Source: Rhizodiscina lignyota (Eukaryota). From it: DNA of 64,000 nucleotides. The stretch lies in contig ML978121.1 in the NCBI GenBank assembly GCA_010015805.1, positions 2,976,001-3,040,000 on the forward strand. Direction: 5' to 3'. Shown here piece by piece: positions 49,147 through 61,354 of this stretch; positions within the stretch are counted from its first letter, which is position 1; each line of letters starts with the position of its first letter. The notes beneath the pieces were generated by a model. It did not search any database. It was given only the letters and a program-made list of their open reading frames with translations, and was not told the origin of the DNA. The translations under genes and the position numbers were made by a program.

Positions 49147-50274
49147 ATGTTGGCTCTAATACTCGCCTCCATTCTACCAACTCTCGTCTTTTGTGTACAG
49201 CTTGGTCCCAACTTCACCCACGAGGTCGAAGATCTGGACAAAGACCTTCCCTTCTCACAACCCGTGACTTTCGCTCATTTACCATGGGAGCGATGCCTTT
49301 CACAATCTCATACAACTCCTCTCGATATCGCTATTCTCGGCTTTCCGTATGACACCTCAACGTCCTATCGCCCGGGAGCACGGTTTGGACCTCGCGGCAT
49401 TCGTGCCGCATCGTCGCGCGAGAAGAAAGGACGTAGCTACAACACAGTATGGGGCGTCGACCCTTTTTCTCAGGACCTGAGCGTCCTTGATTGTGGCGAC
49501 ATCCCCATTACGCCCTTTGATGCAGCTCATGCCTTCAAACAGATGGAGCAGGGATATCGGCAGCTGCTGTACCATCCCACGTCAAAGGCGAATGTATGGA
49601 AGCACCCGCGCATCTTGAGTATGGGCGGAGACCACAGCATTGTGCTGCCAATTCTGCGTAGTTTGAAAACGGTATACGGACCCATCAGCGTAATCCATTT
49701 GGATTCACATCTGGACACTTGGGACCCGTATGAGGGCTACACAGGCATCGCGAGCGAGCAAAGCGCCATCACGCATGGGACGTTCTTCTGGCACGCAGGA
49801 AGGGAGGGCTGCATTTCAAAGGGCACAAGTGTGCACGGAGGACTGAGGACGAAGCTGTTCGGCCCAAAAGATTATGAGATCGACAAGGACGTGGTGGGCT
49901 TTCATCTGATAGAGGCGCACGAAATCGACGAGCCGGAGGGCCTCAATGGCATCATTAAGCGCGTCAGGGCCATCGTGGGCGACACGCCGACATATTTGAG
50001 CATCGATATCGACGTTTTAGATCCGAGCATCGCTCCTGCAACTGGGACTCCGGAATCGGGAGGTTGGACGACAAGAGAATTGAAAAGATTCATCAAAGGC
50101 CTCGAAGGAGTTAGGCTAGTGGGCGCTGATGTGGTTGAGGTCTCTCCTCCCTACGATAGCCAGGCGGAGACTACATGTATTGCTGCGACGGATCTGTTAG
50201 TCGATATCCTCGCTTTGATGGTTAAAGATGAAAAGACGCCCGTACCAAAGGAATCGGTTAGGGACGAGCTTTGA
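49147..50274 (+). CDS. Agmatinase/guanidinobutyrase-type ureohydrolase with signal peptide and C-terminal RDEL
   Basis: YRPGARFGP, GGDHSI, DSHLD, THGT, SIDIDVLDP, TGTPESGG, DVVEVSP; intronless. Confidence 0.92.
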   Translation: MLALILASILPTLVFCVQLGPNFTHEVEDLDKDLPFSQPVTFAHLPWERCLSQSHTTPLDIAILGFPYDTSTSYRPGARFGPRGIRAASSREKKGRSYNTVWGVDPFSQDLSVLDCGDIPITPFDAAHAFKQMEQGYRQLLYHPTSKANVWKHPRILSMGGDHSIVLPILRSLKTVYGPISVIHLDSHLDTWDPYEGYTGIASEQSAITHGTFFWHAGREGCISKGTSVHGGLRTKLFGPKDYEIDKDVVGFHLIEAHEIDEPEGLNGIIKRVRAIVGDTPTYLSIDIDVLDPSIAPATGTPESGGWTTRELKRFIKGLEGVRLVGADVVEVSPPYDSQAETTCIAATDLLVDILALMVKDEKTPVPKESVRDEL

Positions 50275-51632
50275 ACCCGAGAAGCGCGATTGAAGAATTG
50301 CAATTACGCAGCTGTCAGAACTATTTCCGTCGAAGCTGAAAGACAGGGCCAGGATGCCTTACAAGGCGTTCCTGACGATACCCAACTATGTGGGATCTGG
50401 AGAAGAAGTGGGGTACCTGTGCATGACTGTGGAACATACGGTGGACAAGGTGGGACGTCCACGTATTCAACCCGCGCGGAAGGACAATGCCCAGTCGTTG
50501 AGGCTCAACATCGCACTGTATCTAGAAGTCTCGTGAGTCTCAGACAGCTGCAGAGGACGTGCGAGTCGTGAATCGTCACCAATCTTTGCCGCTATCATTG
50601 AGGACGGCGTGACCGCAGCCACGTCCCAACTTGGTTCAATGATACATACAGCCACGTTGACTCAGCAGAAATAGCCCCGGCGCCGGCCGCGACCCGCGAC
50701 CTGATGCTGTGCGATAGAAAGTTGCCTTTGTCGTACTTTCGGTGTAGTGCTCATCCAGAGAGACAAATGGAGAAAGAGGCGCGACTTTGGTGTCTTCGCT
50801 GCACTCATCGTGCCTTGCGCTCGCTGTCCGTCAAGGTGGCCGTTTAAGGTCGAGTGGCCTGCTGTCCTCGTGCCTGTCTTCCTTGCACGTCACTATGCAC
50901 GCCAACCTACCCATGGAAATTCTAGAAGACCGTAAGCATGCCCGTTGTGGCCGCTCGGCTATGCCTAACTGTCCTGGCCATGTCCGCCGTCGTAATTAAT
51001 GCTCGTCGCTGTGTCTCGCCGTGGCCATGACCGCCCGTTACGAGCACGATATTCAGGCTCTGCGGCCAGGCTCCCAACTCGCGCCCTACCCATACTCGTC
51101 ACGGCCAACTCAAGCTCAATGCTGGCTGCCAAGCTCAAATCTAAGCACGTCTTGTTAGATAGCAAGCAAGCCAAGTCGAGAGAGCCAAAGCTTCGAGCGT
51201 ACTAATTAGGTGCTTTGCCAAGCTTGGCGCGCTTATTACGTTCCCGTTCTCGTCATCGTCCCGAGAGACCGTACAGTAGCCTGTAGGTAGTCGGATCTGC
51301 CGCGAACGATATCGTAGTGGCAAAGATCGACCATGGCCATGGCGCCACCTTCACCCCAGGAATGCGGCAAATGCCCCTCAATTTCCGCAGAACTGGTCAG
51401 CCTCGCCAATCAAGCGTGGGCGGCCCCGATGTCACCTTCCCCAAATAGTTATAGGCGGCGTGCTCAGGCGTGATTATGATTTGTTCTTCCATACCCCTTC
51501 ACAAATGGGACAGAAGATGCTTATCTATCATTTGCCGCAGTTACACGGCGCTAAAGATGGGGTCGTAGCTATCTATTCAAAATATCTCGCGGCCTGGTCG
51601 CATGAAGCTTCACTCACTCCTCCGCCGCAACG

Positions 51633-53727
51633 ATGAACGACAAACCCGAAAACGGTGGTATGGCTGAGAAGCCTGCCAATGCTGCGCCGCCCTATGAGCC
51701 GGCCATGCTTGGAGATCGCACACGCACTGGGAGCCTCCATGGCGACCCAGAAAATATGATCGAACGAAGCGAGAACAGGCTTCACCAAGACCTGAAGGGC
51801 AGACACATGCAGATGATTGCCATGCAAGTTCAGCACACCGAATCGTCATCTGTGTACTAACGTATGCATACAGTGGTGGTGCAATTGGTGCAGGTCTGTT
51901 TGTTGGCTCTGGCAGTGCTCTCGCGACTGGTGGACCTGGCGCTGTGCTTCTTGGTTTTATGATTGTTGGTACGTTATACGCTATGAGAATTGCGACGGGG
52001 TAACTAACATGACTTTAGGCGGCATGATGTATGCTTCTTTGACGCTGAAAGGCTTTGCCCTCATCTAATTTGATCATTTAGTTACCTCGTGATGCAAGCT
52101 CTCGCAGAACTGGCTGTCATGTACCCGATCAACGGAGCCTTCACTATGTACATCTGCCGCTTCGTTGATCCCTCTTGGGGTTTCGCTTGCGGCTGGCAGT
52201 ATGCTATCAGCTGGCTGACTGTCCTTCCTTTTGAGATCTCAGCTGCTTGCAACATCATCCACTACTGGCCCGGATCGGATGGCATCAACAACAGTGCTTG
52301 GATCGTTCCGCTGCTTGTTGCTTTGGTTTGCATCCAGATCTTTGGCGTGAGGGGCTATGGCGAGGCGAGTTTACCGAACCTATTCTAAGGAACGAGCTAA
52401 TTGGAACAGGTCGAGTTCGCCCTCAGTGTTCTTAAGATCATCGCTTGCATAGGCTTCATCATTCTCGGAATAATCATTGACTGCGGCGGCGTTCCCACAG
52501 ACAACAGAGGCTATATTGGTGCAAGATACTGGTATGCACAAACTTTTGATGTGGCTACTGGCAAGCCTAATAACGCAATACAGGCACTCGCCTAACACTG
52601 CATTCCTCAACGGCTTCCACGGCTTTTGTACTGTTTTCGTAACAGCGTCGTTCGCCTATACTGGAACGGAGCTCACTGGACTAGCTGCTGCCGAGACTGC
52701 TAACCCTAGAAAGGAAATTCCAAGAGCTTCCAAGCAGGTTGTTTGGCGTATCGCCATTTTCTATATCGTCAACCTCTTCCTTATTGGGTTGATCGTACCA
52801 GCCGACAGTCCCGCGTTAAGCGGTGAAGGCTCCGAATCCCGTCACTCACCTTTCGTCATCGCTATTCAGCTCGCTGGCATCAAGGTCCTCCCATCGATTT
52901 TCAACGCTGTCATCTTGATTTCTGTCATGAGTGTCGCCAACTCGTGCACTTTCGGCTCGACTCGCACGATGCAGGCTCTGGCCGCAAATGGTGCGTACAC
53001 CGTTCCATAACTTTCACATAACGCTAACTTCCTACACAGGCATGGGTCCCAAGTTATTTGCCTATGTTGACAAAAGGGGACGTCCTCTTAGTGTGGTCGT
53101 CCTTCAACTCCTCTTTGGATGCCTAGCTTTCATCAACTTGGCGTCGAATGGTGGAGATATTTTTACTTGGCTTTTATCATTGTCTGGTCTTTCCATCCTC
53201 TTCATTTACGGCAGTATTGCTCTGGCTCATATCCGCTTCCGCGCGGCCTGGTACGCTCCAAACTGCACTGTCGATTGGCTACTCGGGGACTAACTACTTG
53301 TAGGGCCGCCAATGGTCATACCGTGGACGAACTGCCCTTCAAGGCCGCCTTCGGTATTTGGGGCTCTTATTTGTGCTTGCTCATCAATATCATCTGCCTC
53401 ATGGCACAATTCTACGTCGCGCTGTACCCAGTCGGGGGTCCCAACTTGGATCCTACAACCTGGTTCCAAGATTACCTCGCCGGTCCTTTCCTTCTCGTCC
53501 TATACTTGATGTGGAAGGTCTACAGCTGGTTCGCCCGACCAGAAGATCGCCCACTATACGTCAAAATAAGGGATATTGATATCTACACTGGTATGAGAGA
53601 CACCCAGCAATCCATTAGTGGTGCAGGTGTCTCGGAGGAGGAGAGACGCGCTAGCCTCGCTGAAATGGGAGAGAAGAAGAAGGGTCCTAAGGACTACGTC
53701 ATGGGCTTTGTCAGAAATATCATCTAA
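51633..53727 (+). CDS. Amino-acid permease (APC/YAT family); 7 introns (two GC-AG) and a 10-nt exon
   Basis: LKGRHMQMIAI-GGAIGAGLFVGSG, QALAEL, RFVDPSWGFA, FAYTGTEL, AAETANPRKEIP, SPFVIA, HIRFRAAW. Confidence 0.93.
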
Positions 53728-54902
53728 ATAAGGTTGTTTCTGGGCCGCCATTGCTGCCTTTGTCGTACAAGTTGATCGCACATTGTGATTGAACGGCTTC
53801 AGTGTTATTAGTTTCTTGTCGCAATGATAAGCTAAGGGAATCCCAAGCGGACCTCGTCGCGCCCAGGCGGGAGAGGCATAACTCAAGGGCGACTACTAAG
53901 GCAGAGAGACTGCGTCCGCCAGCAGAGGCAGCCAATAGCCACAGAACAGCCACATGCCTTGGCAGGGCTTATGGGGTGTATATTAAAGTACATAGTAATC
54001 TATTGAGCGGATCTTAGCTACACTTAGAATTTTTTTGTAACTCACGCCCAAAAGCAGAACTGGACTTTGTGTGAGGTCAGTTTGTCCTCGTATATCTATC
54101 GCTACCTAGATCCCGCGCTGCTGTGTGTAAGCGGCAGTGGCAGCGCAGCTGATTGGCTCCTGACCTCCGCGCCCCACGGACCCGTCCGCCGAGCATTTTG
54201 GCGTATGCCAAGCCGACGATAAAACTGAAATCAGGTGCATCCCTCCGTCCCTCTCCTTTGCCCGGCTTGCAATTGACTCGCCGCTACGTGTCTTTCGCTC
54301 TTTCAATTGCTTCTGCTTCCCTCTTGGACCATTCCGCGCGTTGAGAATACGCGTTCAGGTCTTGCTCTTGCACTTGGATCGCTTCTGCCAAGGCCGAGGG
54401 AAAAATCCGACATCATCCGGACTTTTTGCATCCAACGCCTATCACCTCTCCCGAAGTCGCGATCTGGGCCCCGTGGTCGGAGCATACTTAGTTAGTGTAC
54501 GAATCAGATCTCGTAGTGATATTGGCAGAGCGTGTTTGGACTTGGCATTGTCTTGACGTTGAGAGAGGCTAATTTAACGTCTTTGGCAGCTCTCGCTCCC
54601 TCTCCACAACTCTACTCTGCAAATCTCCGTACGACTTGCCAGCAGTTTGCTGTGCGCCAACACTGGCCATCTAGGGCATATCTGGAGCGGCGACTGGGCG
54701 CGACCGATTCCTATATGCACCAGTACAGCCTCAAAGCTTCTGTTGTGAGAGGAGAAATACTTCCGCAACCAGGACACGCCCACGGCATCCGCCCATTTCG
54801 CGCAAAGACTGCTTCACCCGGATAACACCACCGACTTCGATTCGATTCTAACCCATCATCAATTGTGCATATTCGAAAGATTATTGTACGTACACATTCA
54901 AG

Positions 54903-57900
54903 ATGGCTTGGGACCACCTTGCGATCAACAAACCGCATCTGGTTTATATCATTCTTGGCGGCTTTACCTCACTTTTCATGCTCTGCAGTTCTGTCATCAA
55001 GGAGCGACTATACATAGGTGAAGCTACCATCGCCACGCTATGTGGTATCATTTTTGGTCCGCATGCTGCAAACCTCATCAACCCTCTCTCATGGGGCAAT
55101 ACCGATCAAATCACCCTCGAATTCTGCCGTATAGTTCTTGTGGTACAATGTTTCGCCGTTGGAGTAGAATTGCCAAAGTCATACATGGAACGGCATTGGA
55201 AGAGTGTGACGATGCTGCTGGTACCGGTCATGACTTTTGGTTGGCTGATCACCAGCCTTTTCATCTGGTGGTTGTTTGGAGGGCGGCTAAATTGGCTCGA
55301 CAGCCTCTGCTGCGCTGCCTGCGTTACCGCAACGGATCCAGTCCTCGCATCATCTGTCGTTGGTAAAGGCAAATTCGCCCGCCGTGTTCCCAAGCATCTG
55401 CGAGATTTACTGTCTGCGGAATCTGGCTGCAACGATGGCATGGCGTTTCCATTCATCTACCTTGCGATTTACATTATCCGCTACCACCACCACCCGGACC
55501 AAGTCGCGTTTCACTGGTTCTGCATCAGCATTCTGTACGAATGTGTATTCGGCGCCATCTACGGAGTCTGCGTGGGTTATATCGCTCGCCGCGCCATTCG
55601 CTTCGCACACGAAATGGACTTGATCGACAGAGAATCTTTCCTTGTATTCTACTTCGTGCTTGCCCTCTTTTGTGCTGGAAGCGGCAGTCTGCTCGGCATG
55701 GACGATCTGCTGATTGGCTTCGCATGCGGTGTCGGGTTCTCGAATGACGGATGGTTCCTGGACAAAACCGAAGAGAGCCATGTCAGCAACGTTATCGATT
55801 TGTTGATCAACTTGGCATTTTTTGTGTACTTTGGAACAATCGTCCCTTGGGAACAGTACAACTCCAGCACCATCGGCACCAGTCCATGGCGACTTGTGGT
55901 TCTAGGAATCTTTGTGATTTTGTTTCGTCGAATTCCAATCATGATGGTGGCCAAGCCGCTCATCCCGGACATCAAGACTTGGCGTGAAGCTTTGTTTGCT
56001 GGCCATTTCGGTCCTATCGGTGTTGGTGCTCTTTTCGTCGCAATTTTGGCTCGTTCAGAGCTTGAGGCCGAAAATAGTTCAGAGCCGTTGGCAAACACCC
56101 CAGGGGCTGGATTCCCACATGTAAACATCATCCAACTCATCTGGCCTATCACGACATTTCTTGTCATCATTTCGATTGTCGTCCATGGATCGTCGATTGC
56201 AGTGTTTACACTTGGCAAGCATATCAACACACTGACTCTCACCCTGTCTTATACACAAGCAAATGAAGAAGGACCAACCTGGATGGATCGACTACCGCGC
56301 ATTCAATCAAGGAGTAAGAGCAGCATGTCTCTTCGCCGACCCTCTGAGACAGAGTCCAGCTGGGAAGAGAAGACTGAAGATCCTGGTCTCGCAGAGAAGG
56401 GTCCACTTTCTCCGATTGGCCTGCCACAGAATTTCTTGCGCAGACAGAAGGACGAGGAAGAAGGCAGGGGGAGCCGAAGTAGCAGCTTGAAGCCGTCGCG
56501 AAGGAAGAAGAAGTGGGATACAGGCATCGGACCAGGAGGCCCAATCAGCCAGAGCGCGATTAGACCTATCAGTCAAGCCGCCCGGGATGATGTGCCGGAA
56601 GGAACGCAAACAGAGAGCGAGACATTGGCTATGAATAGCGAGGAACCTTCGGATGACAGCAAGGATAAAGAAAAGGGCAAAGTCCAAGTTCCTGAGGAAG
56701 AAGTGTATTTCGAAGGTGACCATACAATAATCGAGGATGAGGAGGGCAATGTCCTCGATGTCCTCGACAATAATGGCGAGACTGAGAAGGAGAAGGGGGA
56801 ACATGCGAAGAGCAGAGGAAAGGAGTTGATGGAAGAAAAGGATGTAGAGGGTGGAGTTGCGCAGGGTGAACACGACCACGACTTTGAGCAACCGGAACCG
56901 CCAAATGAGCAACCTCCCAACCCTAGAGATCTTTGGGGAGCTGCACGGAGACGCATGGAAAGCTATCGTGGCCTTACCAGAATGCAGAGCAGAAGGGACG
57001 AGCCGCCTGAAGGACCAAGTCAGGAGCACGAGAAGAAGAGAGGACCCGCTCTTGCGTATCAGTATGGTAATACGATTATTGTGGAAGATGAAAGTGGAGA
57101 GGTGCTTAAGAAGTACGACATCCCGCAATCTGGCAAGCCTCAGAGACCCGGAGCAGGCGATCGGAAAGCCAGCACGATAGATCCACTACGAACGAGAGAG
57201 CGGCTTGCGCGGATGGGTACTATGCTAGGCGTTCATCGTCAAGGGGCCCAAGAGATCGCCGAAGGAGAAGCGGGACCATCAGATGCTGCAGGACCAGCAA
57301 CAAGCAGCCCAGAGCAGACGAAGAAGCCAGGACCTGAGGACCCCGATGATGATAGGATCAGATTCACTATCACGGCCGGTGGCAGGCGAATGAGCAAGGT
57401 CGAATTCATTCAGCAGATTCAAAAACTGGATCCTAAGTCTCGTGCCAACTTTGTGGAAGACAGCGACGCTCCTGAACCAGTCAAAGCCGAGGCCCGCAAG
57501 GACGCGAAGGAGCAATCAGAGTTGGCGAGGAAGGTATCACGGACCGAAGCCGTCTCGCCGATCGATGAAGAAGAAGCTGGGGAAGGAGACGAGACTACTG
57601 ATGACGAAGGTGATTTCGCCGCTATGCGCGGCCGTCCTGGTGGGGGTCTGGCAAAGATTACGACCGCAGATTCAGAGGCGCATGCCGGAGAACATGGTCT
57701 TTCCCTTGTTGAGTCGGGCGGGCAGGCGGTACCTATGCATTCCATCTCAGATGATCTGGCACGATTCTCCTTTGGTCGGGAGACCGCAGCCCAGCGTCGC
57801 CGAAATCGCATCGCGCCTCAGGATGGAGAAGCAGGTCCTGGACCCGGAAGGTCAAGTGCTGATCGCGACCGCTTCGCTGGCATTGAGCGGTCAATGGGTG

Positions 57901-58319
57901 GATCGGCAGCGGGACCTCATCATTCGAACCTCGAAGAAGCGGAGACGGAGGCCGAGAGGCGACGAAGATTAGGCGCATTGGGTATGCGCAACGAGGACGA
58001 GGACAGCAGCACTAGCAGCGAGGATGAAGGACCGATAGCCACTGGGCTCAGAGAGCCACCGAGGGTGGCGCAGACACCGCAGCAGAGACAAGGGATAAGG
58101 TTCGCCGAAGCTCCCAGACCAGCTGGAGCGGGCAGTGGGAGCAGCCACATTCCGAGAAGGCCAGGACCGGCTAGCAGTAGCAGTGGAGGAAATGGCGCAG
58201 GGAGCAGCGGAGGAAATGGTGCAGGGAGCAGCGGAGGAAATGGTGCAGGGAGCAGCGGAGGGAGTAGTTGGACTAGGAGTTTGAGATGGGGACAGGATGT
58301 GGGAAAAAAGAAGAAATGA
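54903..58319 (+). CDS. NHA1: Plasma-membrane alkali-cation/H+ antiporter with long hydrophilic C-terminus
   Basis: IKERLYIGEA, ATDPVLA, SAESGCNDG, GMDDLL, RRIP, GHFGPIGVGA, VHGSS; 1138 aa, intronless. Confidence 0.95.
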   Translation: MAWDHLAINKPHLVYIILGGFTSLFMLCSSVIKERLYIGEATIATLCGIIFGPHAANLINPLSWGNTDQITLEFCRIVLVVQCFAVGVELPKSYMERHWKSVTMLLVPVMTFGWLITSLFIWWLFGGRLNWLDSLCCAACVTATDPVLASSVVGKGKFARRVPKHLRDLLSAESGCNDGMAFPFIYLAIYIIRYHHHPDQVAFHWFCISILYECVFGAIYGVCVGYIARRAIRFAHEMDLIDRESFLVFYFVLALFCAGSGSLLGMDDLLIGFACGVGFSNDGWFLDKTEESHVSNVIDLLINLAFFVYFGTIVPWEQYNSSTIGTSPWRLVVLGIFVILFRRIPIMMVAKPLIPDIKTWREALFAGHFGPIGVGALFVAILARSELEAENSSEPLANTPGAGFPHVNIIQLIWPITTFLVIISIVVHGSSIAVFTLGKHINTLTLTLSYTQANEEGPTWMDRLPRIQSRSKSSMSLRRPSETESSWEEKTEDPGLAEKGPLSPIGLPQNFLRRQKDEEEGRGSRSSSLKPSRRKKKWDTGIGPGGPISQSAIRPISQAARDDVPEGTQTESETLAMNSEEPSDDSKDKEKGKVQVPEEEVYFEGDHTIIEDEEGNVLDVLDNNGETEKEKGEHAKSRGKELMEEKDVEGGVAQGEHDHDFEQPEPPNEQPPNPRDLWGAARRRMESYRGLTRMQSRRDEPPEGPSQEHEKKRGPALAYQYGNTIIVEDESGEVLKKYDIPQSGKPQRPGAGDRKASTIDPLRTRERLARMGTMLGVHRQGAQEIAEGEAGPSDAAGPATSSPEQTKKPGPEDPDDDRIRFTITAGGRRMSKVEFIQQIQKLDPKSRANFVEDSDAPEPVKAEARKDAKEQSELARKVSRTEAVSPIDEEEAGEGDETTDDEGDFAAMRGRPGGGLAKITTADSEAHAGEHGLSLVESGGQAVPMHSISDDLARFSFGRETAAQRRRNRIAPQDGEAGPGPGRSSADRDRFAGIERSMGGSAAGPHHSNLEEAETEAERRRRLGALGMRNEDEDSSTSSEDEGPIATGLREPPRVAQTPQQRQGIRFAEAPRPAGAGSGSSHIPRRPGPASSSSGGNGAGSSGGNGAGSSGGNGAGSSGGSSWTRSLRWGQDVGKKKK
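58185..58256 (+). repeat. 24-bp coding tandem repeat x3 (GGNGAGSS) near the NHA1 C-terminus
   Basis: GGAGGAAATGG(C/T)GCAGGGAGCAGC three times. Confidence 0.9.
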
Positions 58320-58899
58320 GCATGGTGATGATCTTCAAGCATGAGTATGATTTTTCAGACGTGTATAATGGTTGGTTTCTAGTTGATATTTCAATGGGGT
58401 TCTCGCAGCGATGCTTTACGCGGGCATCTTTCCAATTTTAAGATTTCCCTACAAGTTTCATGTCCATTCCTAACTCAGATCTCGATCTTCACGATCTGTG
58501 GTTTTTACACGGCGCTCTGTACGTTTGAGCATAATGCGATGGAACTCGTGCAAAGAGCTGCGCTGATGCTATTGCTCTGCAGAGGCTCGTGCGCTGCGTT
58601 AACACGTCCGCCGCTTGGTAACTGCCAAGGTCAGTCAGTATGCAAATCACTTCAACACTCCACAAGACCAGCTGAACTAGCCGCGGAGAACACTGCTCAC
58701 GCCACTATTTGATAGTTTTCTCTCCCTGATTACTTCTTACTTCCTTAACCTCCCGACTGTCCAAAAATCCTCTGGCTACGACTTTAATACGCCCACATCT
58801 CAGTTCCGACCACCAAGGTGCATCCTCCTTCAACACTTTCGCGCGACACAAGCAGGAGCAAGTGGTTTCCATCATAACCATCTTCAACGCTGCTACGCT

Positions 58900-59307
58900 A
58901 TGTCAGCACTGTTAGCCATGATCGCGCCATCACCAGCCACGGTGGCTGCCGCTCAAGGCCTTGCGACTAATAACTCTCTTCTTCGGGGTCTCGAAGCTGC
59001 TATGAGAAAGGTATTCATAGCGACTTTCGCCGACCACAGCTTTGCACCCCTCCTTCTCAAGCAGTTGAACCGCATACAAACGGATCCACCCACAAATGAA
59101 CTTGAAGAATTAACACGAATGTTAGCACTGACGCACAAGATACTCGAAAACCTGGAGGATGCGGTGTACAAGGTGGCAGTAGCAAAATTCATGGATGAGC
59201 CGTTTGCGCGGGCACTGATGAAAGACCTTGGCCATGGCCGCAATGTCAATAACGACCCAGACATTGTTGGCCTCATTCAATCACTGGCAATTGACGACAC
59301 ATCTTAA
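58900..59307 (+). CDS. Orphan 135-aa helical protein with two copies of a module shared with the neighbouring RRM genes
   Basis: LLRGLEAAMRKVFIATFADHSF and ILENLEDAVYKVAVAKFMDEPFARALMKDL resemble each other and the N-termini of the next two genes. Confidence 0.55.
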   Translation: MSALLAMIAPSPATVAAAQGLATNNSLLRGLEAAMRKVFIATFADHSFAPLLLKQLNRIQTDPPTNELEELTRMLALTHKILENLEDAVYKVAVAKFMDEPFARALMKDLGHGRNVNNDPDIVGLIQSLAIDDTS

Positions 59308-59909
59308 AGATGACATCCCCTAGATAGCCGTCGCCTCGTCAATTCCGGCTCAGCAGCAACTCTTCCTCGACTCTGGAGATGGGTCGCCGAACCCAAGTCT
59401 TCATGCAATGAGGGTGAACGGTGAGTTTACGCGTTGATGGAGACGCTGGGTATACTGAGAAAGAGAGACAGCATCGCAGTCAATGCGTACAACGTGCGAT
59501 GAATAAAGTAAGCCCTAATGGTCGAGGGATCGGAGCAGCTTCTGGTAATAATCGAGGTGATTACGGGGATCCAGACACAGCTCTCATTTTGCTTTTGAAA
59601 GACTGAGAGGACATCTCATGAAGCATATTTTCACATGTATTGTAAATCGATTGACCACGGCCGTTGGGATCTACAATGTGTGTTTCACTAAGCGGGAAAG
59701 CGCGTGTGTTTGAAATAATCACGGCCCGATATCAACGAGTCCGGTCATTCAAGTGAAAAGGCCTACCGAAGTATTAACACCTAACAACGTGATCTGTGTT
59801 GTATAGCCCGGTTTAATGTTCCTCCTTCGCTCCCATGATCTAGCACATTCAATTTCACGCACTCTTCGTATCCGTAACAATCATTCAACCAACACCCACG
59901 ATTCCAACC

Positions 59910-60986
59910 ATGAATCCGCAGACTCCGCTCAACATTGCCCTCGACGAGGCCAATGCCATTGCTCAGCACAACATTTACTACGAAGGACTAGTAAACAAAG
60001 TGCGCGAAGTTTACCTTGCGAGTCGTGAATCGCCGCGTTTGCGTGACGCGCTGAAAGATCTGTTCGACGATGGAGCCGCGTCAGTGCCCCAACCCGCAAC
60101 AGTATCCAAACAGGTCGACAAAGCTTCAGAAGCTTCAGAGCCCAAAGAACAGAGCGCTGGAATACCTGTGGGAGCGATAGCGGTCGACCTGGAAGCTGAT
60201 TCCAAAAAGAAAGATCTTTCCCGGCTGGAGGAAGCTGTAGAATTTCGAAACACGCTCGTCATTACCATCATCAACAGTCATGGAAGAACCATTGAACTGC
60301 GTTCCCTTCTAGATACCAGTATGATCAACTCCAAAAAGGCCTTCTTCATCGCCAAGATTACGAAAATGGTTGGTGCGGGACCACCGACTTTGGTGCCCTA
60401 CTTCGCAGCCCTTGCTAGGTATTGCGCCTCGATGCAGGGGATTACCTCTGAACGTGTCTTCCGTGAGGCCCTCGAACAGGTTCATAACCCTGAGCTGGGC
60501 CTTGGATTCCCCCGGATTGCAGTCTTGAGGAGGTCGAAGCAAGAAGAGGAGTTGGCCGCGCTTATTGCTGAGTGGATGGTTTGGGACAAGGTGCGGGACA
60601 AGGGGATGGAACTCCTCGGACGAAATCGCTTGCACACGAAGACTACAGCAGTCGAGAGTTCGACTACCACCAAACGCAACTCAGAGGCCGATGAAGCTAT
60701 GCAGGGTCGGCGACTGAAGCGGGTCAGGGGAAATGTTACGGCTCCGTTCAGCTGCCTTTCCATCCGAGGCCTAAATGTCAGAACCAGTGAAGTCTTCCTC
60801 GAGAGGGTCTGGCGCGGGTACAGTGTCCAAGACGTGAGGGTTCGCAAAATGCGTGCCGGTCAGTTGGCGTGTTTCATCGATCTGGCAACAGCGGCTGAAG
60901 CTATGGCTGCCATCAAAGAATTTCATGGGAAGAAGGTGGAGGGCCAGGTCCTTCAAGTGGAACATGCTCCTTCTAGATCGCAGTAA
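59910..60986 (+). CDS. Orphan protein with C-terminal RRM (paralog A)
   Basis: RNP2-like LSIRGL, RNP1-like ACFIDL, and AMAAIKEFHGKKVEGQVLQVEHA; similar to paralog B. Confidence 0.7.
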   Translation: MNPQTPLNIALDEANAIAQHNIYYEGLVNKVREVYLASRESPRLRDALKDLFDDGAASVPQPATVSKQVDKASEASEPKEQSAGIPVGAIAVDLEADSKKKDLSRLEEAVEFRNTLVITIINSHGRTIELRSLLDTSMINSKKAFFIAKITKMVGAGPPTLVPYFAALARYCASMQGITSERVFREALEQVHNPELGLGFPRIAVLRRSKQEEELAALIAEWMVWDKVRDKGMELLGRNRLHTKTTAVESSTTTKRNSEADEAMQGRRLKRVRGNVTAPFSCLSIRGLNVRTSEVFLERVWRGYSVQDVRVRKMRAGQLACFIDLATAAEAMAAIKEFHGKKVEGQVLQVEHAPSRSQ

Positions 60987-61354
60987 ATGGTTTACGAACG
61001 GTTACCACTATGATCATCAAAAAGGTCAGTGGTGAGGCTGCTAAAAAGACTGTGATGAGATGCCAGTCGGTCGAGGGTTAAGTTTTTCAAGCGTCAAGTT
61101 TGAGGGGTGGAAGAGAAGAGATGAAAATACAAATCGAGAGTTGTACACACGGAAGGTCATGAGGTTATGATACTTCAAAACGGAATGGAAGATTGCCTAA
61201 AGGGTATTAGAATCTCCAAGTTGTAGAAGAGAGTCAACAGATAGACCATCTTCTATAACAATTCTATGCCGCAGCTATTAGAAATGACTGCCTGATTACG
61301 ATTAAATCCACCTTTGATGAGAATTCATCTTGAGAGAATGCCACACCGGGATCT

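Noticed and set aside
50290..51400. Short ORFs between the agmatinase and the permease
   Set aside because: No recognisable homology and no consistent gene model.
55040..58342. Long antisense and alternative-frame ORFs over NHA1 (likewise over TUF1, UBP3 and others)
   Set aside because: Shadow ORFs produced by codon bias in real genes.
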